DNA of 63,990 nt, filler included, from Catajapyx aquilonaris (lineage: Eukaryota), in the NCBI GenBank assembly GCA_000934665.2. It is 3 parts of 3 records of this genome, joined end to end, with 100 filler letters (N's around TTAATTAATTAA, not from the genome) between each part and the next. Parts side by side here need not be neighbours in the genome. Positions count along the whole stretch, not along the records: positions 1 to 21,320 come from JYFJ02006083.1; 2 more parts are not named here. One strand, written 5' to 3'. The notes below the pieces were generated by a model, which was not told the DNA's origin, made no database searches, and saw only the letters and a program-made list of their open reading frames with translations. Position numbers and translations under genes: made by a program. Of this stretch, positions 1-13,376 are shown one piece after another. Each line of letters begins with the position of its first letter. Positions within the stretch are counted from its first letter, which is position 1.

Positions 1-435
1 TAGAGCTGCCTCGGGTGTGGCGGGATTTCCGCATCGCCAAAAAAAAAAAAGTGCATCTCTCGAGCTTGTTGTATAAACCCTGCATTTTGGTTGTGCTAAG
101 CATGGGCCGCACCAGGAATTCATAGTTTGGCTTCAAAAAAGTGTCCGGGGGATATATTGTTTCAGAGTGGTGATTCACACCGTAGTTGCTTTTTTTTTTT
201 GTTTAGCTGGCGGAACAAAAATCGAGGGTTCCATTTGCAATTCATATTATGACTACGCGATGCATTACAAATGATTGCGCGGACTATCAAGTGCCACTTG
301 CACAAAAGGCATAGACATTGCATACAAATTTAGGCAGATTCTGGCTAGAACTGTTACATATTTTTATTTATTTATTTAATACCTGTTGCCAAAATTTGAC
401 AAAATTTGGCAAAACCTATATAATCAGTATGACAG

Positions 436-699
436 CAGGGAGCATATACTACATAAGAGGCGCAAACTTCTGTCGGCGCCTTTGATGTTCGCGTCTCTCT
501 GTTTGAGGCCGTTGCCAAGGCTGGCGGCCATTTTTAAGTGTGGGGAACGCCAACGAGGTACAAATAGGGTACAGGCAAAAATATGGTCCGCCATCTTTGA
601 TGGCCCACACTTCAAAATGGCCGCCAGCCTTGGCAACGCCCCAAACAGAGAGACGCTGAAATCGAATGTTTGCGCCTCTTATGTAGTATATGCTCCCTG
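436..699. mobile_element. Non-autonomous DNA transposon (MITE), 264 bp, nearly fully palindromic, 7-bp TSD
   Basis: Perfect 32-bp TIR CAGGGAGCATATACTACATAAGAGGCGCAAAC / GTTTGCGCCTCTTATGTAGTATATGCTCCCTG plus inner inverted arms. ATGACAG is directly repeated at 429-435 and 700-706. Confidence 0.9.
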
Positions 700-3600
700 A
701 TGACAGTTACATACAACTTTAATTTACCACATAGTACTATTTGACACGCATAGATTGCGCACACTCCATCTGAACATTCCTGCCACCTTCTGATCGATAG
801 CGATACTATCAGGTAGGACGAACATCAGACGGAGAGAATAAGCCTATTAGGATAAATATTTTTGGCCATAGTTATGCCTCCTGATACACCTCATGCATAA
901 AGCTGAACCAGCAGCACTCAATTTGTAATCAAATAATTGCGCTCGAAATGCGGTCCTGAGCTTAAATCCGGCTAACTCCAACGCCCGTGGAGATACACCA
1001 TATTTTATTGCAGAGAGCTGATCTTATCCTCTTTGCATTTAGCTCCTATCTGCTGCAAGCTCATGGGGCTGCTCCTTTAGAGCTACCAGCACGATAAGTC
1101 AATGGCCGTGACATTAAGAGCTCTCCAACCAGTTAGATTAGACAGAGTAATTCGAGACTGTCGGCAGTTAAAACAATGATAGCACCTCAAATGTTAGGAT
1201 AGATGGTTCCTTTTTGGCATAATTAGACCTGGCCGCACAATAAATAATGCGAGTAGAGAAAATTGTTGTTTATACTTTCAGAGAACATGGATCATTCTTG
1301 AGAAGTGTCGAGAGCGCCATCAGAGCTCTCAACCAATCAGAAATCAGTCATTTCTCTCCATTTTGAGTTGGCAGAAACACTTCAAAAAGCCATCTATCCA
1401 ACAAATGAAAAAGTAGGTCGACGACGAAATGAAATACGAATTTCTTTGAAAGAAAAGAGGGACTTCCTTTTTCTCAAATGCTATTTTTTTCTCCGTTCTT
1501 TAACAGGATTATACGTTGTATGGAAATACAAAACGATTTCGAAAGATTTGTGAAGAGATTTTCTCCAAAGCGGAAAACTAATTTGATGGCTTTACAGCAA
1601 GTTTTGCACTCATTACATCTCTGAATTCATTACCGGAAAAGTAATCCTCCGTCTTAGAAAACGCTCGTTACTTGCCTGGAATCGCGCGGTCAATTTGTCT
1701 TTGACATGAAGAATATACAAGGCAGCTCTCTAAGCATTGGATTCTGTAGAGGCTCATTAAGCAGGCCCCGGGACTCACATTTTCATACCATATTTTATGA
1801 CAAGATCTGCGTTCCATTTGCCTTCATTTGCCGTAATTACAACGGGCATTACGGTAGGGCGGATCCCACGTTGTTTATTCTCTCTAGGATGCCGGAACCT
1901 TGTTAAGTGCTAGCTGGCGATTTGCTCCTCGGGACATTCATGGGAGGCTTGTCCATTCATGGAAGGGTAATTCGGTGAACTAAACTGCTGGATTCATCTA
2001 ATACCTGCTAATACGTATATATTTAACAAAAAAAACAACAAAAAGTCATTTGGGTAAATAATCCTTAGGTTTCATAATTTTGGCCTGGATAGTACAGCAT
2101 ACCAGGCGGTTTACGACAAAATTTTCCACCGATTGGGAATTTTAAATGGCAATTGACCTGCTGTGGTTTTATGGCTCGGACCGTTATTAATTGTTTTAAA
2201 AATTTGCCGCATCATGCCCGGTGCATAGTGCGGATAGCACGATATTTCGAGAGTATCCTTTGAAGTTTATTTTTCAATGGCCATGTTCGGTTAATTGCAG
2301 GGCAATTCAGTGCAGATTACAGTTTCAAAAATTTCAACAACAACAAAAATTGCTCTGCACTGATCAATCGATATGTACCGGCCACTTGTACTTCTAATGT
2401 ACCGATCCGATAAGTCCAAGCCTCCTAACCATTCGGGGGGATGACCTCACCTGTGATACAATCGACATAACTTCCACCACCTGTGTAAATCATCCGCGCA
2501 TGTCTTACTCCAAATCAGCGTACGCCCGCAGCTATCCTCCAACATTGAATTAATACTACCCCGGTAATTAATATACCTCCAGTCACGACTTACAAGTTCA
2601 TTCCCGATGTCACGAGGTTTTATCTTTTTTTTAAAAAAAACGACCACACCCAATAGGCCTAAAAAGCTGGACTTCAAACCGATAAGGAAGTGATCATGAG
2701 CATCCCATGACATTCCCATTTGTAAAGCAAAACATCCCACGCGCGAAGTTAGTTAGTGACGCCTACAAATCCTGCGGTGCGTTCACGGGAAATGGACACT
2801 TTAGTTCCGGATAAGGTTCCGGTGTCTGATGGTACACCAGACTTGCTGCGAGTTCAAATGAAAAATTGGGTTTGTGGTGGTTTTTGCACAGGATATATTG
2901 TCCGCAAATAAACTTTTCCCTTCCCAAGTTCTTCTGTATGGACAAAACCACCACCACTCACCGAAAAGCGACCAAAGTTTCCTTTGCACGTTCCGGAGAA
3001 GCCGGCGGAGAAAGAGCATGTAGAAGCAGAAAATCTCTGATCCGGTTGGGGACTTTGGGGAAAACCCGACTTGTCCGGAGCCTTTCTGAGGTTGGCACAC
3101 ACTTATTATGTTTTAAAGGTGGTGGTTTCTTTGTGAAGTTATTGCCTGTACTATAATGTTAACATTTGAATTGCAAATTAAGTGCGCATAAGTGTGGTCA
3201 TGTTGGTTGGTCTAGATACTGTCAAATTGATATTAAAAAGAGAAGTTTGTGTGTGATGCAATATGTGTAATCACCTGGTTTTATGCAACGGCGCATAATA
3301 TTATGGCATTTGGCAGTAAATTTATGAAACGGTTTTTTTGGTGGATCACTTGTCACAAGGGCCAGCCAACTGTTTACATACCTATTAATTTGATACAAAA
3401 AGTCTATTTCAATCCAGAATTAATCACTCTAAATGACTGGAATAATAATGTTGGTGAAGAAATTAATGTATTTAATATCAGTGGCACAGTTGGATACACT
3501 TCCATTGCCATTGTTATTAAATAAAGACCATCGCAGAACCCTTAGGATAGGACATCACAGTCACCGACCCTGTGAAATATTTATTGCTAGTATAGCTAGA

Positions 3601-5166
3601 CGGCTCTTTAGCAATGCCATGTATACTCAAATGTGTGGCAAGTCGACTCGTTGTTTAAATAGGGCATTCCCTTGACTCTACATTCTTTGGGTCCGATCCT
3701 GCAATTAGTATTTTACTCCAATTCTCTACTCGTGTATACTATATTTATTTCACAGCTCTTGCATCAAGATAATTTTAAGCCTAAAATCAACAACACCCAT
3801 CCCAGAGCAGAATGATCTATTAGCGAAACTCTGCAGGCTATCAGCTTACATCCCCACTGCAGATCCTTGTCACAATAGAAACTTTATAGTCTCTTTCCCT
3901 TTCTCAAACGTTTGCTCTCTCTTATGGCTGCCGGACGCGCAAGGCACACTTATACGAGCCAGCATCGGAGTAAATGTCAACATTTACCCTCCAGCTCAAA
4001 TCCCAGACACGTTACTACCATGTTGTGCTTACCACCATCTGCTACTATGTTACTTTCAAGTACGAGCTCTCAGATAGCAATAAAGCTCCTTCAAAAATAT
4101 TGACTCCTAATATTCACCAACTAAAAATAATTTCCTGATTTTATAAGGGATTCCGAAGTGCGAATTACGTGTGGTGAATCTTGGTATTCGCATTATGTTT
4201 CTCCAAGCCCGATCCGTCATGGCGGATTTTTTTTTTCTCCGTCTCTTCTTCCTGGTCTACTACCTCTTCCTTTTTACGCCGGAGAGGTTTGCGGCGTCGT
4301 AAAAATTTCACTTTTCAGCACGGGTAGGAGGAGCTGTAGGAAAAGTTACGCCTTTCTTCGCCGGGCATACCGAAAGAATTTTATTGGGAAAACTTGGGAG
4401 TAAGGTCGCGCACACAATAAATATTTCATCAGGAAATTCAGTCCAGAATTAAGTCAGCTCGTGTTCAAACAAGACATTGCAGAACTGTTTATTTAGCTGC
4501 TTCCAAATAGGTTTCAATTCTGAAAGTAACCTACTAGTAACTTGAAAGCATTATGTAAACGTAATTTCTGTACTAGTGCAGTGGCTCCATAAGCTATAGG
4601 GAATGCATGTTGTGTTCTCCTACATTAACCGACAAACTGTGCGAAAAATGTGCAAACAGACATCCTGCATACGAATCTGAAAAAGGCGGAGTCATGCACT
4701 GACATTTCATCGTCTTTACTTTAATCCGTCTAATATCCTTCCATTATCCTGACAATTTGCAAGATGCAATCTTAAGTCACGCCCAAGAAGCCCACGCCTC
4801 CCTGTTTGAGGATAGCAAAACTCTAATTCTCCTAGACTTGGCTGGATGTTATCTATCACGACACACATTCGACACAAGTGATTAAGTGCGTCTCAACACG
4901 CAGTTTTCCTCACACAAGGAGTCTGAAACGCTGCTCTGCAGGTGCTCCCATCATGCATATCCACATTGGTGGATTTTTATCTCCCGACAAGAAAAAAAAG
5001 ACGAAGATGAAGAAAAAAAAAACCATCTGGCCCACCTCATGAAAAAAGCTTCGAAGAAAATCCTCTTTTCTTGTCGGGCATAAGGCCAAAAATTATGGTC
5101 TGTAGGTGGCGAACCGGGGAGAAAAGGACATAAATTGAACGACAGTGAAGATAGAGACGTACTTAC

Positions 5167-5247
5167 CAGAAGGACAGGGTCTGTCGATGGCATATCGGTT
5201 GCACATGTAGTTGTTGGTGACGTTGACGCACGTATAGCAAGTCAGAC
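5167..5247 (-). CDS. LYPD6-like: Ly6/uPAR (three-finger) protein, LYPD6-like; internal exon encoding the first half of the LU domain
   Basis: Minus strand ttttcttgacag|...|gtaagt, 81 nt, phase 1-1. Translates (S)LTCYTCVNVTNNYMCNRYAIDRPCPS(G), matching the LYPD6-family pattern C-x-T-C...N-x-x-C-N-R-[WY]-A-x-D-x-x-C-P. The remaining exons were not found and probably lie left of the window. Confidence 0.85.
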
Positions 5248-8113
5248 CTGTCAAGAAAAGATAATTACATTGTTACTACGAAAAAGTGTGAAGGTGTGAG
5301 ACAGGGGGTACACACATGTTAAAAATTTTTTTTGCTTAAAGATGCCCGCTGATTTCGAACGTGACAACAACCTCATTATGTAAAGGAACATGAGAGGAGG
5401 CGCTTTTTCCAACAGTTTCTCGTCATTTGTTGAGGTGAAAAATCCTTCCTATGCGACCCCCGGCTGCGAAGCCTTCGCTTTGCTTCCTTTTTCTACCCAG
5501 CAATCCCTGGGATTTGAGATTTTTCTAGACGGGATACTGAAAAGTACCCCTAGCCTTTTTTTTGTCAGGGTCACTAAGGATTTCCAGGCCAAACTGAAGA
5601 AATAAGGCGAGATCTCTCCATTTCCGCAGAAATGGAACTATACACCCTTTTTTTCGGTCCGAACCTTATAGTCTGGACCAAAAATAACAGACTCTGGCTT
5701 TATCAACTTTCCCACTTCCTTCTGTGGATGTTTATATTCCGAGCAGATATTGTTACGGAAGGCAAAGTGACAAATTGTGGCGTACAGTACGAGTGTCTGC
5801 TTGCAGTCGAGTCGTTCTTGAATGGAGGAAGTGGAATCCTAAATCCAATTCCGGGTGTATTGGTATGGAAGGGGGGGGGGGGNNNNNNNNGAGAGAAAAA
5901 AAGGAAGTGCTTGGAACAGAGAATTAAAGATGAAGTTACATTGTTCTTCTTTATTGTTGTCTCGGAGACAGCTTCAGAACTGTAGCTGCTCAAAACGAGG
6001 GAGGAAACTCGAAATGTTGCTATAAGTAATAGCCGATTCAGCTAAATCAGTTGCGGATGGAGGCCATCTTGCTATAGTGAAAGATGAACCCAGTGCAATT
6101 TTTGAGCTCATCATTGCAGAGGAAGTTGGCTGACTATTGCAAAAAATAGGATATAGACAAACATAGCAGTTGACTTCTAAACTGCTATTTTGTGAAGAAA
6201 TTTTATGACATTGCACCATATATTTTTAAAAAATGTAACGCGGCCACCTTTTGCTAAAGGAAGTTGTCCACAGGCAATAAACCCGACCTTCACACCACCC
6301 AGCCAATGAACAATTGATATTTGCTGGTGTTGAAAACTTAACAGCATAATTGCTGCCATTAAGACCTCGAAACTTATGATTTTAATGGACAGGAACGAGC
6401 CCTGTTATAATAGCTTTGCTAATTTATACGCCAGGAGCCGTTCCTGCTCGTTTGAACTGGTTACAGAATAATTTGCGATAGCGTTTCCAAATTACAGTAA
6501 TGACTGGGCAGCGGCTCTAGGCGGAATATCAAATTGTCGGGAGATTAACGCCAATGAACCCCCTGTGCACAAATCAGAGGAATATCAGTCAAAAAACGAG
6601 GGCAGAGTTTCACCACTCCATTATATAAGCGATTCGATCGAAAAATTTAATACCTTTCGCCTTTTTCAACATTGTTTTTTTTGTGTGCAAATGGGGTTGC
6701 GATTAGTCCGAAATCCCTTTGTGGAACCATCTGCTGGCGATCATTTATTTGCTATTGTGCAGACGAAATTCAATGCAGGGAATTTGCGAATACTGCCAAC
6801 TCTTGACCAAACCGGGAGTGAAATGTGGTGTTTTGTTACAATACAAGTAGACCCAGCAGGGGGGATGATGTTTTTTCCAGTTCTGGTACCGCCTGTGACT
6901 TTTAAAGCGGGGGATTTTTTGTGTGCATCTCACCTGACACTGTATTGTAACATTATGCAGATTACCACAGGGCAGCCCCATTTACACTTGGAAACCATAT
7001 GGATGAAGCGTACAGCTTTTGGACAGAGCTAACTACTGTATATGACGTGAAGAGCTCTTAGCTAAAGTAACTTTCTAAAAAAAATGTTGGGACATATGAG
7101 CGTTTCATATCCAATGAAATCTGTTCATTATAATATTATCACTAATTGCAATTGAGCCGGGAAATATTATGATAAATTGAAACAAGTATAGGCGAAAGTT
7201 CTGGACCACCTTCGTGTGCTATACATGTAACGGAGGTTAACACCAAGAAGTGCAATTTGGTGAAGCGTCAAGACGATTACTTCTGTGTGTCAAGCTCGTG
7301 CTCCTTGTTTCTCTGTTCGGGTTGTGAAAAATGCAGCTGAATTTCCTTGGCTCTCGCAATAGAAAAAGAGTGAGTGTGAATAATGTACACAGCAATTTGG
7401 ACCCAGATGGCAAACACGACGATTTTCACGCAACGTGATGTTTATTAAAAGCTAGTCATGCTTCGCTTTAAAAATGAGATGATCTTCTTACAAATCGCTG
7501 TCGTACGGTGCTTGAGGATTTCTGATATGAAAAGAATGCCTCACAAACTCTTTCAGAAAGTAATTGTTCCCATGGGGATTTATCCGGAATCAATTTTATA
7601 GGGATAGCCCTTTAGGTCCCGAAATTTTTTCATTTCAAAGTGATACATGTACCCGCTCCCTTATATTCAGAATAAAGCAACGAGTTTGTATAAAAACCAA
7701 TCTGTTGTATACAAATCCGATAATTATATGCCGTGAAAATTCATGAGTTGCGCCATTGGCCGTATCTTGTTTGCATTTTATCCGTGCCACAGTGCAAATA
7801 TTATTTTTTGGATAATCGGCCGAAATTCCCTCTTCAATTGAAGGATGTTATGAATATTGGGACCGGCATGTTGTCACTGCCTATAATTCCAGCACATTTG
7901 TACACAACGCTATTGAAGAATTAAGGAATTTGTTCACAGTTTACAAACCTGCAATGGACCAGTTAAAAGTGAGCTTTATTATTTTCATTGTATAGACAAT
8001 ATTTACTACCCGCCTGGTTGTTGTGATATCTGCTATATAAATGGCATATTCCGGATGTTTTATACAGCCAATCGCATAGTGTCACCCAGTAATATCGATA
8101 CACTGCGAAAGGG

Positions 8114-8185
<72 letters not shown>
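8114..8185. repeat. (ATT)n microsatellite
   Basis: About 24 perfect ATT units, inside the LYPD6-like intron. Confidence 0.95.
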
Positions 8186-10172
8186 TAAGGAACGTTTTTT
8201 GAAAAATAATTGCGCCTTGATTCGGTAACAAAGTGGCTAGTTATTTTATAAATGTAGGCCAGGTCAGAAATAGGAGCAAAAAAAATCTGGCTTAGTTTCA
8301 AGCGGTCGCATTATAAACCCTAGGTACTCAGGAAGCCTGAAATTACCCTTCTCATCCAAGTTTTTTCCACTACCATGTGAACTCCAGTTAAAATATGAAT
8401 AAATTATAACCCGACCTTTAAACCTGCCTTACTTGTTTATTGGAAAGAAATACTCTGTACCAATCATCATATCCATTGCCATGTTTACTATAAGAGAATT
8501 ATTTCAACCAGTGTAATTTATCACGCCAGATAATGCACAATCACGATGATTTCTCGCATTGTTCATACATGACATCATAAGAATGTAAATCCCTACCTGG
8601 AAAAATAGCCACGTTTGGCTCTCTGGTCAGCATGCTGCAGGGGTCAGTTAGTTTTGCCCTACAATACAGTCTGATCGTGGGTTTATCCCGTGTCCCATCT
8701 TGTCTCGCTGCGGGAAAGAGAAACCTGTTCCGACACTTATACTAGTCGGAGGAATGCTACAAGATGCAGTATTAAGCAGCGGTGATTGAAGGTGGGACCT
8801 ACGATGCAATTAACTTCTGACTGTTTTCATTTTTTGGAAGTCCACCTTTAATAGTTTGATAACGTTTTTTTCCAGTGTGATTAAGCAAACATGAAAAACT
8901 TCTTTAGAAAATCCTCCCACTTTTTTTGAGCTTCTCCCCATATGATATGAAACCCGGATTAGAAGTGACAGTCGCTCCAATTATCTCTCCTCCAGGGGCC
9001 TAGTCGCGTAAAAGTGAATAACTCATCCGGAATGAGAAAGAGAGAGATCTGACACTTGGCAGAAGATTTGGGGGGAAAATGGCCGGTTCCTTTTTTTCTC
9101 TCTCTCTTTCTTTTTCCGACTTCTATAGGAGTAGAAATAATTTCCTTCGCTTCTTTCGTCTGAAAATTGGGTCTGTTCATTTACATCTTTTGATCACGGC
9201 ACCTCCTTTTCGTTGGAATGGGAGACGGTCGATTGAAATACTGAAGGCTAGAAGGTGGGAACAGAGCATTATTAATTAACCAAAGTGTCGAGTAATGGCA
9301 GTACTGAGGTGTAATTGCGTGAAAATATATGGGCGAGTGTTAAGTGACTGGAAAGCTACAGGATCGATCGCTAATAATTATTCGGAGAAAAGCTCCCCCA
9401 ATGCCTGGGCCCCATCCTTCTTCCGGAATTTATTGGCCTGAAGGTATTACTCAATGCTTCATGTCTCCTGTACCAATTTCGCACACTTGAAATGTAATTT
9501 GCATACGAAAGGCCATGCCCTGCGGTATGGTTATAGTTAATCAAAACTTGAACACGTTAGGCCCTAACTGTTATTAAAAATTTTTATGACATTGCACATT
9601 CCGATCCTAATAACCATATAATATGAGAAGCACTGACTCTATTTTAATTTTACAGGCGATGACATATTATTCTTCGATATTGTTCAGCCGTTATATAGGT
9701 GTGGAGCATGTCGCTTCATTAAATTTTGCGACACAATTAAAGCATTTGAGTAACGCAAGTTTGCAACTAAGAGGAGCACTTTCGTCTCAATAAAACTATT
9801 ATTTTGGCTGACCTACTTCCAGTGTAATAGCACATTCTATGAAAGGAAAAGCACCCTCAAAGTATCCTTTGTGGGAACAAACTTGCCCCTTTCCCCCCTC
9901 GTGCTTTTCCATACACCTCTGAATATAGCCTACGCTTATAGAGCAGAGGCCATTTTCCAAAATTTCTACCAGAATACCACTGAGAAACGAGGTATGCATG
10001 TGACGAAATGGGAAAGCATTCGACTAGTATGAAATATGGATTAGGACTTGGGACGGGTTGCAGTAGATTAGAGTCTCACGAGGGTAAAAAAAGATGAAAA
10101 AGTAGGGAAGAAACGAGGCGCAAAAAAAAAGAAGAAAGTTGCTCCATGTAAAAGTTATGCCTGGGGACTTAC

Positions 10173-10338
10173 TTCCGTCGTTGGAATTGTCGTCTTGGTC
10201 CTTCTGGGCCCTGACCACCGTCGACTTGAAAGCCAGGGCCAAGCAGCATAGCAACAAGGTCCATCGGAGAAACGATGTGAATCCAAATGCGCTGGGTTGA
10301 TGGGTTTGGATCGTTCCAGCTCCTTCCATGCGACACAT
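10173..10338 (-). CDS. LYPD6-like: Signal-peptide exon of the LYPD6-like gene
   Basis: tttgttacag|ATG TGT CGC ATG ... GAC GGA A|gtaagt, 166 nt, ends in phase 1 and joins the 5167-5247 exon in frame. MCRMEGAG...FLRWTLLLCCLALAFKSTVVRA-QKDQDD has a hydrophobic core and a V-R-A cleavage site. Confidence 0.75.
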
Positions 10339-13307
10339 CTGTAACAAATCATAGAGACATAATGTACTATTTTAGCAGGATCGTTTCATATATCAGGTAT
10401 ATTGATTACATTGTGACTAGTAGCTTCCAACCAAGTATCAAGCATGATTACACCCGGTCGTGGGTCATATTTGCATAATAGTGTGCAAATAGTTTGCAAA
10501 ATGTAATTTAACATGTTAACAGAACAAATTCGGCATATTGTTATTGCGTATATGCCCATATTGCCATGCTACCACTGTACTCGTTAGCAGAGTCTTGCGA
10601 CAGGTACTTCATTTGAACCTCATGCTCTGGCCTAGTTAGTGTAACATATCAAACAACTAGCCACCTCCGCACTAACAAAACAACATGACACGACCGACCA
10701 AATCTCGCCTTTCTCGCCCTGGAAAATAATCAGATGTGTAGCCCAACTTTCGCCATGTCACACTCCTAGTAATCACGCTCCATGTGGGGGCAACTGTTAT
10801 TAGGCTTCTGGGAGGCGAAAGTAATTTGGATCACAAAATGAGAGTACCACACACCCCTTAGTCAAATTGGAAGCCTTCAAAAAAAGTTGTTCCTAATAAG
10901 CATATGGCGGTGTCGGTTATTGCGATAATCAAAGCTACCAATTGTTACCCCCTTACTGACGCCATGTTAGCAAATTGCTCAGGACCAGAAATTTATTATG
11001 TATATGATTGGTAGGTACAATTTTTGTATGCGTGTAACTCATTTTGGCGTGGGAGTAGATTTATAGTTGTGTTTCAAGCTCGATTTTGGTACATGCTAAC
11101 CTGGAACCAGTGGAGATTAAATTGTAATTACGCACATAACAATCCCAGGGCTGACGTTATTGAGCAATAAATCCTGTGGAGATGAAAAGGAGGATTGGTG
11201 CTGCTGCCTCACTTAATTGCCCTCGGATGCAAGCTAGTCTGCTAACCGAGGGATAAGCCAACCTTCCCAACACCCTGTCCAAGACCTACGCCGCATAGTT
11301 CATCAACAATCATTTATATCCGATTATACTTGTCAAATCATCAGCCAGCTAAACACGATCGTACAATTCGCCATTAAAAACCCTTAATTTTGGCTCAAAA
11401 AAAGGGTCAAAGGTAGGGACGCAATATTCTTAATTACTTGGCTTTTTGGTGCAGGGGTCGCAGGTACTGTACTCTTTAGAAAACACACACAGGCGCAGAG
11501 GGTAGCAGCTTAATTAGAATTAGCCAAGCATGAGTAAAATCAGGCTTTTAGCACCTGACAACGCGCGCAAAAGTTCATTTTGGGACGACGGGCCTTATAA
11601 ATCCGGGGGGTGATTTTAAAGCAAAAATATTACTTCGGGTCTTTGAAGGTATAAGGGGTGAAATGGCTGTGGGTTCTAGGGCTCAATTTTTTTTTGTTTT
11701 AGGCCGGAAAAAGAGAAAAGGAAGGGTGGAGTATTAGTCAGAAGTGGGTGATGCTTCGTTTCTCGTAATGAGCAGCTCTTTGTTCGGGAATTGAATGCGA
11801 CCAATTTCTCGTCTACGGCTTCCATTCAGAATGGCCCATGGCTGCCAGGGGAATTTACCCCGGACCCCCGGAATATAATACGGGACAAAAAGTATGGGGG
11901 CTAATGACTACGCACTTGACTGCAGAAGAAATGAAGTCGGCCAGTGATTCTCGCAAAATTGCACAATTTCCTGTAGCCTCGGAGATCAAGCTGCTGCTAT
12001 TCAAACAGATGGACAGCATGAACGATATGTAGATTTTTGAAATTGAATGATCAAATAAGGTGATTTCGAATTAAGTTCACTTGTTCATGGATTGTCCCGT
12101 AGTGCAATACTTTTTATTGGAAGCTGTTCCTAATAATATTAAATTTAATAAATCTCTAATGTCTCATTATAGGGTGATAATTTACATTTTTTCACTTATG
12201 AAATTCACATATTTTTCACATACATTATATTAAAATCGTAGTAGGCATGTTTGCAGAAGCCTTCTGATTGGACCGCCGCATATTGTTTCCGCGACGCTTC
12301 CGATTGGCCAGCGTTCTACGCATGCGCAGTGGGTGGAGTCAGCGACTCGTGCATGAAATAATAAAATGGTACCAGAAGGTTTCATTTAATAACTTATTAT
12401 AATAAAAACGTCCATTATAAATTATGTCTACAGCAAAAGCAATCCTGTCCACAATCTGGAAAGTACTAGAAACTTGGTCAAAGTGTCACGTACCTCAACG
12501 ACTCTAAATTATTGAAAATTGGTCCTGAGAGCAATTACATCACGCAACTTGGCACCGCCATACCAAATTAATCATTCACGAAAAGCGACGCACATGACGT
12601 GTGACCAAAAACTTCTTGCAAAGAACCGATGATTTAACACCCTCCCATCCCCTGAGGGCATACGGTACACCTCAATTTGAGCCTTTATTTATGGAAGATG
12701 GCAACAGTAAGTGGTCCGTCCGGCAAGCCGCTTTAAACATTATTTACACACAAGTAGGCTGCGGCTGGCACTAATTAAAGGGAGGTCTGTTTTAAGCTGG
12801 ACAGTCAATAATTCATTGTTGGGGGCTGGAGGAACAGTTGGGGTCAGGTATATGAAACACTCTTGGCATTCAGGGCAATTGTTGAAGCGCGGACTGACTA
12901 TAAAAGGGTGAGGCTTTACGTGACCCCTGGAGTGCTAACTTGATTTACGCGGCTCTGTACACTACCTGCCGATGTCAATATTTAACTCCACTTAACCACC
13001 ACCCTTTTCACCTCAAGAGGTGCGGACTCCCGGAATTATGCTGATTATGGGAGTGGGAACAGCGGTCAAATATGCAAAAGTTTGCATTTATGAATTAATG
13101 ATGCACCAGAAGAGGAGGGGGTGCAAGTGCTTTTAAAAATTCTGAACTGGACTCTGAATTAATTATTTGAAGTGACATGATTCATCCATGTAGAAAATAT
13201 CAATATTAAATTTGCAAAATATGTAAGGTACGGTACATCCCCTATGAAGAAGGTAATAAATAAATCTGTTTCGTTCTTTAGCCATGTCTTGGGGGTAATG
13301 CCAAATT

Positions 13308-13376
13308 GTACAGTCTCCATGAACAGGTTATAACTCGAGAGGCTTTCGAGTAATACATTGTTCATGGAGAATGTAC
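13308..13376. repeat. 69-nt hairpin, probable mini-MITE with TA/CAGT end
   Basis: GTACAGTCTCCATGAACA ... TGTTCATGGAGAATGTAC with inner ACTCGAGAG/TTTCGAGT arms. Confidence 0.6.

Noticed and set aside
2447..2740. Minus-strand ORF (MLEDSCGRTLIWSKTCADD) as the next LYPD6 exon
   Set aside because: Lacks the expected Cys spacing and the CC...CN end, and has no good acceptor; probably chance.
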